Counted from the stretch's first letter, positions 26,909-37,122 are shown. The stretch is 64,000 nt of DNA from Candidatus Heimdallarchaeum aukensis (GCA_021513695.1 CP084166.1:2272001-2336000), one strand, 5' to 3'. Numbers and translations are program-made. The notes: generated by a model from the letters alone, not told the origin.

Positions 26909-27305
26909 TTTTTTAAACTCCTATAATTCTCCTTTACGTGTCCTAATTTCTGCTCTGTGTTTGATATTAAAAAAATTTCTATCGGTGTCTTGAACTTTTG
27001 TCTGAAGGAGTATTTATCAAGTAAAATTTAGTGTTGTTGTTTCTCCGTTAAACAACTTGATTTCTGCGTAGTTTTTTGTATGTTGATCCTGCACTCAGAT
27101 AAGCTAATTCAAGAGAGTGCAACTAGCATCTATTAACCTGAGGAGAAGGTTAAGTTTTCTTATATTAATTGGAGCAAAATGAAACAAACTCTTGCTCATA
27201 AAGAGCTGTTAGTATTTATGCTTCTATGTTTTAGAAAGACTAAAAAGTGATAATGTTTTGAATTACTCAAAGCGGTTTAATAATTGTCGAATGGCGGTTG
27301 TAACA

Positions 27306-28523
27306 ATGAATAAAACTATACAAGAAACGCTTAAATGGTTTGAAAATGAAATTTCTTCTGAACTTGCTAAACCTAGAAAAACTGCTTCTAAGCACCTTGA
27401 TGTTATAAAAGATAGGGTAAATGATATTAAAGATACTTCAGAAAGATTTGATTATAGTGATGTTAACGATCCTGATGTTTATCAAAACTATGCTACATCA
27501 ATTTATAAGAAAACTTTAGAAAAAATGAATGAAATTGAATTTCCAGAAGTAATTACATATAAGAATATTGACGATTTTTATAATCGGACTTTAAATATCC
27601 TTAATTCATATATTGAAATTCTAGCGAAGTACTTAACTTGGCTTAAACGTGATCGTTCTTATAAAACTAGAGTTAAAAATTTAGATAGGGCAATTACTAG
27701 ATTACAGCAAGAATTGTATAAACTTAACACAAAAACACTTGATGAATACTTAGAATATGAAAAATATGAGAGCGTGATTGATGATTTAAACTATCTGCAG
27801 GAATTAATTAATAGAAAAAAAGAAATTGAAAATGAAATTGAATCTCACAAAGATGATATTGAGCGATTAGATAAAATCATTGCAGAAAAATCTCGTGAAA
27901 AAGAAGAATTAGAGGGTCACCCGGGTTTTGCACAGCTAAAAGAAAATAAGGCGAAACTTTCACAGATTGAACTTACTATCTCTTCCAAAGTTAATGAAAT
28001 TAAGAAATTATGCTCAAAAATACTTAAAGCTGCTGATACAAGAAAAGTTGAACTTGACGATTATACACGAGAGCTGATTAAATCTATTATCAAAAATCCG
28101 CTAGAAGAGCTTGTTAAGGAAACTGATGGATATCCTGGCATCAAAAGTATGTTAAAAGAAGTTAGAAAGATTAGTGAATCACCAAATATTCAAATGAAAA
28201 AGGAGAAACTAGAAAAAGCTTTTAACAATATGGAGGAAATTCTAAACGATAGTTTACTTGACCTACAAAAAGAAGCTAAATTTTTACTAAAACAAACACA
28301 AGCTATTGAAGAGAAATTCGCTGAATTAGAAATTGATCGGAAAATATCCAAATTAAAACGTGAAATTGAAGACCTAAAAATAGATAAAGATAGAATAACA
28401 TTAGCTCAACGACGCGAATTAGCTGAAATAGAAAAAGAAGTAAACAATCTTTATGAAGATTTAATGAAACGTATAGAAGAATATACTGGAAAACACGTAA
28501 ATATTCTCTTAGAAGCCACTTGA
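27306..28523 (+). CDS. long coiled-coil protein (about 405 aa)
   Basis: Likely ATG at 27306 (MNKTIQ...); the track's 27258 start is a non-ATG extension. Nearly all helical K/E/L/I sequence. First gene of the Roadblock-GTPase string. Confidence 0.6.
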   Translation: MNKTIQETLKWFENEISSELAKPRKTASKHLDVIKDRVNDIKDTSERFDYSDVNDPDVYQNYATSIYKKTLEKMNEIEFPEVITYKNIDDFYNRTLNILNSYIEILAKYLTWLKRDRSYKTRVKNLDRAITRLQQELYKLNTKTLDEYLEYEKYESVIDDLNYLQELINRKKEIENEIESHKDDIERLDKIIAEKSREKEELEGHPGFAQLKENKAKLSQIELTISSKVNEIKKLCSKILKAADTRKVELDDYTRELIKSIIKNPLEELVKETDGYPGIKSMLKEVRKISESPNIQMKKEKLEKAFNNMEEILNDSLLDLQKEAKFLLKQTQAIEEKFAELEIDRKISKLKREIEDLKIDKDRITLAQRRELAEIEKEVNNLYEDLMKRIEEYTGKHVNILLEAT

Positions 28524-28694
28524 TTAATAGCTTTTTTTTTTATTTTTTATAAAGAAATGATATTGCAATTATCAACACAATTTTTAAATGATATGACTAA
28601 ATGATATAAGATAGTAAACATAGAACAACATTTAATATGTTTAACATCATTTAGCATATTAAGGATATGTAAATATATTTGAGGAGAATCAACT

Positions 28695-28994
28695 ATGATT
28701 TCACAAAAACAATTTGAAGAAACTCTGAAAAAGTTAGAAAGCCATCCCAGTGTAAGGGGCGTTATAATAACAAGTAATGATGGCTTACCTATCTCTAGTA
28801 CAAAAAATCTTTCAATAGAAATGCGAGAAAATGTTTCAGCATTAGTAGCTTCATTGGTTGGAAGAGCTAAAGCTGTGGTTAGCGAACTAGAAGAAGGAGA
28901 CTTGAATTTCTTTACTTTAGACACAACAAAGGGTGAGATTCTTGTCGCTCCAGAACAGGATTATGTGTTAATCGTTTTACGTAATAAGCAATAA
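28695..28994 (+). CDS. Roadblock/LC7 (MglB-like) protein
   Basis: 99 aa. [22 protein letters not shown]...[10 protein letters not shown]...[16 protein letters not shown] fits the Roadblock/LC7 pattern. gaggag RBS upstream. Confidence 0.8.
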   Translation: MISQKQFEETLKKLESHPSVRGVIITSNDGLPISSTKNLSIEMRENVSALVASLVGRAKAVVSELEEGDLNFFTLDTTKGEILVAPEQDYVLIVLRNKQ

Positions 28995-29065
28995 TAGAGT
29001 CATCATTAGTAGAAATTATATATAAAAGAAATAGGTTTCATTAAACAACGGAAGAGAGAGTTAGA

Positions 29066-29632
29066 ATGAGAAAAGATGCCTCAGGAAAGCAACACTTTAA
29101 GATAGTGTTTGTTGGACCTAGTTTAGCTGGAAAAACAACTTTACTTAGAAGACTCCATTCTGATGTCACAGGAATAAAAAAAGGTGGATTAAACAGTATA
29201 GAAGATCCTTCAGGAAGAACAATTTACTTTGATTTCTCACCTTTTATGGCGACATCAAATGTCATTTTGGATATTTACACAGTGGCTGGTCAAAAAAGGC
29301 ATAGACACCAAAGGGCGTTAGTTTTGAAGGGTGTTGACGGTCTCTTGTTTGTTGCAGATTCTTCAAGAGCGATGTTGGCCGATAATGTCGAATCAGCAGA
29401 AGAATTGAAAAAAGAACTTGGAGACAAATTAAACAATGAGATTCCACTAGTTATAGTTCTAAATAAACGTGATTTGCCAGATGCAATGGATAAACGAGAG
29501 TTAATCGATGCTTTAAATCTTGGAACAAATTTACCAGTTTACGAAACAATCGCCACAGAAGGTATAGGTGTTAAACGCGCTTTTCAGTCCCTAGCTAGAG
29601 AAGTTTTATTAAAACAAGTTTATAACATGTAG
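29066..29632 (+). CDS. MglA-family small GTPase
   Basis: G1 GPSLAGKTT, G3 TVAGQ (Thr in place of Ras Asp, as in MglA), G4 NKRD. 188 aa. Confidence 0.75.
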   Translation: MRKDASGKQHFKIVFVGPSLAGKTTLLRRLHSDVTGIKKGGLNSIEDPSGRTIYFDFSPFMATSNVILDIYTVAGQKRHRHQRALVLKGVDGLLFVADSSRAMLADNVESAEELKKELGDKLNNEIPLVIVLNKRDLPDAMDKRELIDALNLGTNLPVYETIATEGIGVKRAFQSLAREVLLKQVYNM

Positions 29633-29653
29633 GAATAATCGTCACATAATAAG

Positions 29654-30994
29654 ATGAACTTGGAGAACAATTTTTTAACCTTTTTTTTAGCTTGTAAATA
29701 TCGTTTTAAAAATTTAAAAGGAGAAAAGCTTCAAAGATATCAAGAAAATCGGTTGAAGAAAATTGTTGATTATAGTGTAAAAAATTCTCCTTTTTTTAAG
29801 AGGTATTATTCTAATTACAACATTAATGATGTTTTCAATTTACCGACTGTAAATAAACATATAATGATGGAAAACCTATCAGAGTATAACACAGTTGGTT
29901 TTACAAAAGAAGAATTAATCAATTTCTGTTTGGAAGTGGAAAGGTCTAGGGACTTTTCTAAGAGATATAAAAAGTATAATGTTGCTATGTCTTCTGGAAC
30001 AAGCGGAAATAAAGGAATTGTAATAACTAGTCCAAAAGAAGAACGATATCTTAAAGCAGCTTTTTTTGCACGATTCCCTTTTCCTAGAACCTTGAAATTA
30101 AATATCGCTTTTATTTTGAGGGTTAGTACTCCTGCATTTAACATTAATAAATTTGGACAGAAACTCACCCATTTCAGTTTGCTTGATCCCCTAGAAGAAA
30201 TAGTAGAAAATCTAAACTCGCTTCAACCAAATATTCTCTCTGCTCCTCCTTCAATGCTCAATCTTCTTGCGGACGAGTACAGTGAGGGAAAGTTATGCAT
30301 TAAACCAAAAAAAATTATCTCTTATGCTGAAATCTTATATCCCGATATTAGAAAAAAAGTTGAAGAAACTTTTGGTATTAGAATTGATGAAATCTACCAA
30401 GCAAGTGAAGGCCCAATCGCTATGACTTGTAAACATGGATCATTACACATAAATGAAGACCTACTTGTTTTACAAACTCTAAACGAAGATGGTAGTCCAA
30501 CAGAAAAAGGAGAACTTTGCCACAAACTTATTGTATCTGATTTATATAAAACATCTCAACCCATAATCCGCTTTGAACTTAACGATATGATTAGAATAAG
30601 AGCTGAAAAATGTACTTGCGGTTCTGGATTTAGAATAATCGATGAAATTGTAGGGCGAACTGATGATTTATTAATTGGGGTTAATTCATCTACTGGTCAG
30701 GTTCATTACATTTTTCCTGATTATATACGCAGAGCTATTATCTCTTCTTCTGAGCAAGTAATCGAGTATCAAGCAATTCAAACCAGTAAAAACAGATTAG
30801 AAATTTCAATTCAATTATCAAAAGATAAAGACGAATTCCAAAACATCAAATCAGTTATCAAAAGAGCTGTAGAACAAGTTTTCAAAACTTACAATTGTGA
30901 GATTCCTGATGTTACAGTGAAAATTAGTCAATCTCAACTTCATCCAGTTTCTAAGAAGTTAATACGCATTCAACGAAAGTTTTCTATTGCTTGA
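29654..30994 (+). CDS. adenylate-forming enzyme, phenylacetate-CoA ligase / F390 synthetase family (COG1541-like)
   Basis: MSSGTSGNKG (SSGTTG-type P-loop), YQASEG, GRTDDLLIG motifs. Confidence 0.7.
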   Translation: MNLENNFLTFFLACKYRFKNLKGEKLQRYQENRLKKIVDYSVKNSPFFKRYYSNYNINDVFNLPTVNKHIMMENLSEYNTVGFTKEELINFCLEVERSRDFSKRYKKYNVAMSSGTSGNKGIVITSPKEERYLKAAFFARFPFPRTLKLNIAFILRVSTPAFNINKFGQKLTHFSLLDPLEEIVENLNSLQPNILSAPPSMLNLLADEYSEGKLCIKPKKIISYAEILYPDIRKKVEETFGIRIDEIYQASEGPIAMTCKHGSLHINEDLLVLQTLNEDGSPTEKGELCHKLIVSDLYKTSQPIIRFELNDMIRIRAEKCTCGSGFRIIDEIVGRTDDLLIGVNSSTGQVHYIFPDYIRRAIISSSEQVIEYQAIQTSKNRLEISIQLSKDKDEFQNIKSVIKRAVEQVFKTYNCEIPDVTVKISQSQLHPVSKKLIRIQRKFSIA

Positions 30995-31046
30995 AGATTA
31001 ACTCTTCTCTTTAAACTTTATATACGAGAGCATTAATTTTCCTTTT

Positions 31047-32309
31047 ATGCGCCGTTATTTATCTATAGATTTTCTTCGAGGGTTAGGCATATTTTTTGTT
31101 GTGTTATTACATCAGCTTGTGTTTCATTACACTAATATTATTGAAGCAATTGAAAATCCCAACATTATTGTAATAATAGTAGGTTTTCTTTTAGAATTTG
31201 GAGGATTATTTGTTATAATCTCATCTATGGCGCATACGGTAACCAACTATGGAAGATTGAGAGACAATACTCAATCTCTCAGAAATATCTTAACTAGTTC
31301 AATTTTTTATGGATTCTTTTTCTTAATAATGAATTACATTTATTTCCTTATTTTTGCTCCTGGTCTATTAGACAGAGGTGTGGGAGAATTCAGAATGTCT
31401 ATTATTCCCGCTTTAATAAGGAAAGGAGTTTTTGTTCCTCCTGACATTGATCGTTATTTCCACGCAACTATTTTGGGAATCATTGGTTGGAGTATAATCT
31501 TTGTGAATATAGTTCTTTATTTCATATTTAGGAAAAATGGTTTACAAAAAGTTAAACGAAATATAATAATCATGTTTACCATAGGGACTCTATTTACAGT
31601 AGCAGGATTATCTCGAATATATCTTTATCCCGTATTTAACGGACTTGTTGACAATTCAAATTATTTTTCTGCGATTTTCCTTGGATTTTTAGTAAATAAT
31701 TATTATCCAATTTTTCCTTATCTTGGGTTCGCTTTCTATGGTTCTATGATAGGGTTAGCAATAGTGTATGAAGAATATAAAAAATATTACTGGAAGTTCT
31801 TTTTTGTTCTTGGTTTTTTCTGGTTAATATTAGGTGTTGCTGGTTATGTCTCTTTTGAAGATACAATGCTTGAGCGAGCTGTTGATATGCATGCTGTTTC
31901 TTTTGAAGCACTAATGTTAGGTATTTTTATTCTGTTATTTCAACTATTCTTTAAACTCATTGATCAAAATGGAGATGATGTTAGCCCAAAAAAAGAAAAA
32001 ACTACTCGTTTCTTTAGAAGATTTGGTGTTGTTTCATTTACAATTTTTATGTTTGAAACTACCTTCTCTGAACTGATCGGAAAAGTATTCGATTTAGTTT
32101 GGGCTGGCTGGAACACAGAAATGTGGTCATGTTTTATATTTTCATTTACAAATCTGATTCTTTGGACAATTATTATTGTTTTATGGGAAAAAACGGGATT
32201 TAAATATGGGTTAGAATGGATGACTGGAAAGATCCTCTATTTACTAGTAAAACGCCCTTCTACAAAAATCTATTTGAAGCAAATTCTATATTTAGAGGAA
32301 ACAAAATAA
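31047..32309 (+). CDS. polytopic membrane protein, DUF1624 / heparan-alpha-glucosaminide N-acetyltransferase-like
   Basis: N-terminal RRYLSIDFLRGLGIFFVVLLH signature and about 10 hydrophobic helices. Confidence 0.6.
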   Translation: MRRYLSIDFLRGLGIFFVVLLHQLVFHYTNIIEAIENPNIIVIIVGFLLEFGGLFVIISSMAHTVTNYGRLRDNTQSLRNILTSSIFYGFFFLIMNYIYFLIFAPGLLDRGVGEFRMSIIPALIRKGVFVPPDIDRYFHATILGIIGWSIIFVNIVLYFIFRKNGLQKVKRNIIIMFTIGTLFTVAGLSRIYLYPVFNGLVDNSNYFSAIFLGFLVNNYYPIFPYLGFAFYGSMIGLAIVYEEYKKYYWKFFFVLGFFWLILGVAGYVSFEDTMLERAVDMHAVSFEALMLGIFILLFQLFFKLIDQNGDDVSPKKEKTTRFFRRFGVVSFTIFMFETTFSELIGKVFDLVWAGWNTEMWSCFIFSFTNLILWTIIIVLWEKTGFKYGLEWMTGKILYLLVKRPSTKIYLKQILYLEETK

Positions 32310-32356
32310 TACTTTTTTCTACCCCTATTATGTAACAAACAATTAATTAACAGGCA

Positions 32357-32833
32357 ATGAGAACTTTTTTTAGATTGAGAATGAGTTTAAAAACAAGTTT
32401 CTACTGCTATGGACATAAAAATGTTTTATGTAAGCATTTAACTACACTTGAATTTACTACAGATGACTTTCTTACATTAAGAGGTGACTGTATAATAGGA
32501 ATAAGATCCAACATGAGTTTGTTTTCACTACCAGAAAAAATGAAACAATTTATCAGAAATGATAATACAAAAATAATTGTCAAGATGGAAGTTGACGATT
32601 TAGTTGAAGAAGTAATAGGCTATGGAAATTCAAAGCTGGAATTATCAGACACACATGCAATGATTATTAGAAAAAGCTCTTACACATGTTCAAGGACTTT
32701 AATGATAGGTGCAAATAAGGCTGCAATTGATATTTCAAGAGAGATTGTTCAAAAAATGAAAAACCCTGATTCTAAAATGAGGGTCACAATTCAAGTGTTT
32801 CCTGCAGATAATAGAAGATCAATACACGCATGA
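32357..32833 (+). CDS. DUF371-like protein
   Basis: FYCYGHKNVLCKHLTTLEFTTDDFLTLRGDCIIGI resembles the archaeal DUF371 N-terminus as I recall it. Confidence 0.45.
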   Translation: MRTFFRLRMSLKTSFYCYGHKNVLCKHLTTLEFTTDDFLTLRGDCIIGIRSNMSLFSLPEKMKQFIRNDNTKIIVKMEVDDLVEEVIGYGNSKLELSDTHAMIIRKSSYTCSRTLMIGANKAAIDISREIVQKMKNPDSKMRVTIQVFPADNRRSIHA

Positions 32834-33864
32834 ATCTCATGTGGAGCACTTTCTCTTATTTTTTGAAAGTGAAGAATTTGCTTTATTCTCCAATTTGTTT
32901 TACTTAACTCGTTTTTTACTAAATTGTAGAGGTCATTTCTTCCTGTTTCATCTTTGACAAAAGAATAAAAGTGTAGAATTGTTCCTTCTTTAAAAATTTG
33001 TGAAGCTAATTGTAGAAATTGGATGGACGTTTTTGGTAAATTCATAATGACTCTGTCGGTTTTAGGTAGGTTGTCTATAATTTCTCTAATATCACCTACA
33101 ATTGGGTAAATTTTTCCTTTAAGTTTGTTTAGTGAAATTGATTTCTTAAGGCAATCAATAGCTTTTTGGTTAATATCTATTCCATAAATAGTAGCTTTTG
33201 TTTTTTTGGCTATATGAAGAGGAAAAGGACCTGTACTTGTAAACATGTCTACAACAATTTCTCCCTCTTTGACTAAATTTGCTATTCGATTATGTTCGTC
33301 TCCTAACCTGGGACTAAAATATGTTTTTTCTACATCTACAAATATTCTTATTCCATATTCTTTATGAATTGTTTCGGTTTTTTTTTCGCCAAATAAATGT
33401 TCAATTTTTCTGAGTCTGTATTCACCTGAGACAGCAGAAGTTTTTCTATAAACACTTTTTATTGAAGGAAAGAGGTTACAAAGCATCTTTCCAATTTCAT
33501 GTTTAAAAGGTGAAAGCGTTTCATCAAATTCGATAATTGCGATGTCACCAATTTGATCAAACGATTTTGGGATAAAATCCACCATATTATTTGGAATAAC
33601 ATTTTTTAAAGCTTCAGCAAGGCTTTTTGGTTTTTGTCTTTTTTTCTTAAAGAAAAATTCTACTATCTCTCCTTGCTCTTTTAGTGGAAAATCATTGATG
33701 AAGGCTTTTTTTTTATCAAGATTTATTTTTAATGGAAAAAAAAGATAGTCTTCTTGTTTTGAAATTTTAAAATTAAAATCCAAATAATTGTTATTAATTA
33801 ACCATTTTCTAGTCTGTTCTCCATATGAACAATGAATTTTTAATGCAATGGAACGAACAGACAT
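32791..33864 (-). CDS. trm5: tRNA (guanine37-N1)-methyltransferase, Trm5/Met-10+ family
   Basis: FSPRLGDEHNRI, VVDMFTSTGPFPLHIAK (SAM motif) and MNLP blocks. Confidence 0.75.
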   Translation of the reverse strand: MSVRSIALKIHCSYGEQTRKWLINNNYLDFNFKISKQEDYLFFPLKINLDKKKAFINDFPLKEQGEIVEFFFKKKRQKPKSLAEALKNVIPNNMVDFIPKSFDQIGDIAIIEFDETLSPFKHEIGKMLCNLFPSIKSVYRKTSAVSGEYRLRKIEHLFGEKKTETIHKEYGIRIFVDVEKTYFSPRLGDEHNRIANLVKEGEIVVDMFTSTGPFPLHIAKKTKATIYGIDINQKAIDCLKKSISLNKLKGKIYPIVGDIREIIDNLPKTDRVIMNLPKTSIQFLQLASQIFKEGTILHFYSFVKDETGRNDLYNLVKNELSKTNWRIKQILHFQKIRESAPHEIHACIDLLLSAGNT

Positions 33865-34023
33865 ACTTTGCTTTCATTTTGTTTTTTTATAAATTTATTT
33901 TTATAGAATGAATTTTTTCTTTTTTATGCGTAAAGAAAAGAAAAAGTGAGAACCAACAAGCGATAAGAGTTTTTATACTAAATTAGCTTACGAAAAATAT
34001 AGCTAATAAAGACAGAATAATTA

Positions 34024-34455
34024 TTATTGTTTAATCTTTTCTTTTTTGACTACTTTGATTTCATCAATTTCTGTAACAGGATACTGTCCATCTTTATCTT
34101 TTTCTAGATATTTTACCATATCCCAGATTGTTGAAAGGAAAATACTTACTCCTACAACTGCTTCCATTTCTACTCCTGTCCGAGCAACAGTCTTTACTGT
34201 TACCTCTACAATTATCTCCTCTTCTTTAATCTCATGATTAAAATCAACGTGTGTTATTGGTATTTGATGACACATAGGAATTAGTTCAGGAGTACGTTTA
34301 ATTGCTTGCATAGCTGCAATTTTTCCTACAACTAATGGGTCACCTTTTTTTATTGTGCGTTCATTTATTTGTTTTATAGTTTCTTTTTTAAGTTGTATTT
34401 TTCCTCTAGCTGTAGCGATCCTGGTAATATGATTTTTATTACTTATATCAATCAT
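34024..34455 (-). CDS. moaC: cyclic pyranopterin monophosphate synthase MoaC
   Basis: MIDISNKNHITRIATARGKI...MCHQIP...GVEMEA motifs. Start moved to the ATG at 34455, giving an 8-nt overlap with the moaA stop instead of the track's 74 nt. Confidence 0.85.
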   Translation of the reverse strand: MIDISNKNHITRIATARGKIQLKKETIKQINERTIKKGDPLVVGKIAAMQAIKRTPELIPMCHQIPITHVDFNHEIKEEEIIVEVTVKTVARTGVEMEAVVGVSIFLSTIWDMVKYLEKDKDGQYPVTEIDEIKVVKKEKIKQ

Positions 34456-35350
34456 AGAAATTTTTTCCTTTGACAAAAAAGGGTCTCCTCCTTTCCATTG
34501 CTTTTTTAAGAGATTTCTCAATATCTTCTTCTATTGGAACTAGGTTGTCAATTCTGTATAAACATGGTTGAAATTGAAAATCGTTTGTTACACGTAAAGT
34601 CTTACAATTCATGCAGAAATTGGTGTTGTGAACTGGATTAACTATTTCTATTTTTGCACCGTTTGGGAGAGTATACTGTTTTCTATGATGTAAATCTCTT
34701 ATTTTTATTTCAACCGCTTCTTTTTCTAATTTTGAAGCAAGATCTTTTAGACTAACATGAAATTTGTTAAAGTATTCTTTGTCTAAATCGATTAATTCAA
34801 TGATTTGCAACATAACATCCTTTTCTGCAGCAAAATTAATCATAGGTTCAATCTCATTCTCATTTATGCCCTTTAGTAAAACCATGTTTAGTTTGATAGG
34901 TGTCAAACCTATTTCTTGTGCAATTGTAATTTGCTTGTCTATTGACTTTAATGATTTATACGAAGGGTTGTAGTGATATGAGTCACAACTGATGTTTACC
35001 CTATCTAAACCTGCTTCTTTTAGCTGTTCTGCATATTTTTCTAATAGAAGTCCATTTGTTGTCATAGATAAATCTTCAATTTTTGGGTGCGATGAAAAAA
35101 TTTTTACTATGTCAACAATTTGGGGGTGAATTAAAGGCTCTCCACCCGTAATTTTTATGCTTGATATTGAATACTTGTCAATAATCGACAAAAGTTTTTT
35201 TATTTGATCAAGAGTTAATTTATTAGAATTATGTGAAGAAAAACCTTCATTGTGGCAATAAGGGCAGTTTAGGTTACAACTAGAAATAACAGAAACTCTT
35301 AATCTTGTTATCTCTCTATTGTATTTATCTATTAGTTTTATAATGATCAC
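34448..35350 (-). CDS. moaA: GTP 3',8-cyclase MoaA (radical SAM)
   Basis: CNLNCPYCHNEG cluster motif, ITGGEPL, and a C-terminal second Cys cluster (CMNCKTLRVT...QPC). Confidence 0.88.
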   Translation of the reverse strand: MIIIKLIDKYNREITRLRVSVISSCNLNCPYCHNEGFSSHNSNKLTLDQIKKLLSIIDKYSISSIKITGGEPLIHPQIVDIVKIFSSHPKIEDLSMTTNGLLLEKYAEQLKEAGLDRVNISCDSYHYNPSYKSLKSIDKQITIAQEIGLTPIKLNMVLLKGINENEIEPMINFAAEKDVMLQIIELIDLDKEYFNKFHVSLKDLASKLEKEAVEIKIRDLHHRKQYTLPNGAKIEIVNPVHNTNFCMNCKTLRVTNDFQFQPCLYRIDNLVPIEEDIEKSLKKAMERRRPFFVKGKNFYD

Positions 35351-35353
35351 CTG

Positions 35354-35800
35354 TTATTTAATAACCTCTATTTTATCGTCAACAGAGATGGTTCCTGTTT
35401 TTATAACTTTAGTAAATATTCCTTCTTTTGGCATAATACAATTTCCCACTAACTTCCTTATTTCACAGCCATGATGGCACTCTTTTCCGATTTGAGTAAC
35501 TTCTAAAACTACATTATTTATCTTTATTTTTGTTCCAATTGGTAGTTCATGAAGTGATATACCTTCTGTCGTTATATTTTCAGCAAAATCACCGTAGTTA
35601 AGGGATAAACCTTGTTTTTTCATCTTGTCAATACTTTCTTTTGCTAAAAGAGAAACTTGTCTGTGCCAATCTCCAGCGTGAGAATCCCCTTTTAATCCAG
35701 TTTGGGTAATTTCACAGCTGTACACATTAGTTTTTTTTGTTCCTTTTCTTTCACTAATATTTACAGCTTTAACCCTTCCTATCATTTCAATAAAAAGCAC
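35354..35800 (-). CDS. MOSC domain protein
   Basis: 148 aa, GDSHAGDWHRQVSLL and a conserved C-terminal Cys region. Sits in the moa operon. Confidence 0.65.
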   Translation of the reverse strand: MLFIEMIGRVKAVNISERKGTKKTNVYSCEITQTGLKGDSHAGDWHRQVSLLAKESIDKMKKQGLSLNYGDFAENITTEGISLHELPIGTKIKINNVVLEVTQIGKECHHGCEIRKLVGNCIMPKEGIFTKVIKTGTISVDDKIEVIK

Positions 35801-35905
35801 CTATGTTCTTTTTTAAATATTTACTATTTACACTTTTACTTGTAGAGACAGAGAGAATCCTTGCCATTTGTTAAAATTTATAAAAGGAGAGACGACAATC
35901 AAAGT

Positions 35906-37114
35906 ATGAGACCCTTTAAAAGATTAATTAGTTTAGATGAAGCTTTAAGAATTCTAGATGAAAATACAACTCCATTATCTGAAACGGAAACTGTTTCTAT
36001 CTTTGAATTATTAGGTAGAGTTTCTGCACAAGATGTCATTGCTGACCTAAATATTCCCCCATTTAACAGATCAGCAATGGATGGTTTTGCTGTGAAAGCA
36101 TCCTCAACTTTTTTGGCTTCTGATAGAAATCCTGTGTATTTGGAGTGTATAGATAAAATACTAGCGGGTGACGTTCCGCATAAAGAAATAAATGAAAATG
36201 AGTGCATTGAAATCGCAACAGGAGCAATGCTTCCTAGTTCTGCAGATGCTGTAGTTCCAGTGGAATATACTAATAGAGAAGGAAATAAAATTGAAATTAT
36301 CAAAAGTTTTCCTCCTAACGCTAACGTTTCCTTAGAAGGTGTTGACATTAAAAAAGGAGAAAAAGTTATTGAAAAGGGAATGGTTCTAGTTCCAGGAAGA
36401 ATAGGTGTGTTAGCTGCCTTAAATATCTCTTCTTTAGAAGTTTACCGGAAACCAAAGGTTGCAATTATTCCAACAGGAAGAGAGATTGCTCCTTTAGGTG
36501 GAGAATTAAAATTAGGACAAGTCTATGACATTAATACTTATACAATTACCTCTTTAATAAAAGATATTGGTGGAGAACCAATTGTTTTTGATATTGTAGA
36601 AGATAAATTCGAAGATCTGGAAAAAGCAATTTTAGAAGCATTAGAAAAAGCAGATTTAGTTTTGATACTAGGCGGAAGTTCTGTTGGAGAGAGAGACATT
36701 AACATTGACGTATTAGAAAAACATGGTACTATACTTTTTCACGGAATTCAACTTAAACCAGGAAAACCGAATTTATGTGCAAAAATTAATGGAAAATTAG
36801 TTTTAAATCTTGCAGGTTATCCTACGTCTTGTCTTACTAATGGCTATATTATCGTTTCTCCAGTTTTAAAGAAAATGGCTCGCCTTCCTCAAAGACCAAA
36901 ACAGAAAATCAAAGCAAAGTTAGGAAGAAAAATTGTTTCAAACCTTGGAAGACATCAGTTTTTCACTGTACGTTTAGAAGGTGATATCGCCTATCCCGCA
37001 TTCAAAGAATCTGGTGCAATTACAAGTATTGCTTTAGCTGATGGTTATATTGAAATCCCCTATAATGTAGATTTGATTGAAGAAGGGGCAGAAGTTGAAG
37101 TAACATTATTTTAG
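35906..37114 (+). CDS. moeA: molybdopterin molybdotransferase MoeA
   Basis: PPFNRSAMDGFAV, IATGAMLP and GGSSVGERD motifs. ATG at 35906 preferred to the track's TTG at 35861. Confidence 0.85.
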   Translation: MRPFKRLISLDEALRILDENTTPLSETETVSIFELLGRVSAQDVIADLNIPPFNRSAMDGFAVKASSTFLASDRNPVYLECIDKILAGDVPHKEINENECIEIATGAMLPSSADAVVPVEYTNREGNKIEIIKSFPPNANVSLEGVDIKKGEKVIEKGMVLVPGRIGVLAALNISSLEVYRKPKVAIIPTGREIAPLGGELKLGQVYDINTYTITSLIKDIGGEPIVFDIVEDKFEDLEKAILEALEKADLVLILGGSSVGERDINIDVLEKHGTILFHGIQLKPGKPNLCAKINGKLVLNLAGYPTSCLTNGYIIVSPVLKKMARLPQRPKQKIKAKLGRKIVSNLGRHQFFTVRLEGDIAYPAFKESGAITSIALADGYIEIPYNVDLIEEGAEVEVTLF

Positions 37115-37122
37115 TGATTAAA

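Noticed and set aside
26757-26993. Listed 78-aa plus-strand ORF
   Set aside because: It is antisense to a much better-supported L40e gene (26750..26908, minus strand). Its product is low-complexity and hydrophobic, and its start is not an ATG.
27040-27170. 7-bp inverted repeat tgcactc...gagtgca and a slightly GC-richer patch upstream of the coiled-coil gene
   Set aside because: It is a single short stem with an 18-nt loop and no further structure or motif, which is insufficient to call an RNA or operator.
28547-28924. Listed 125-aa minus-strand ORF
   Set aside because: It is antisense to the clear Roadblock/LC7 gene and its promoter region.
34448-34521. 74-nt overlap of the moaA and moaC ORFs as a possible frameshift or fusion
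   Set aside because: The moaC family N-terminus begins at the internal ATG at 34455 (MIDISNK...). The upstream extension is an artefact of longest-ORF calling, and the real overlap is 8 nt.
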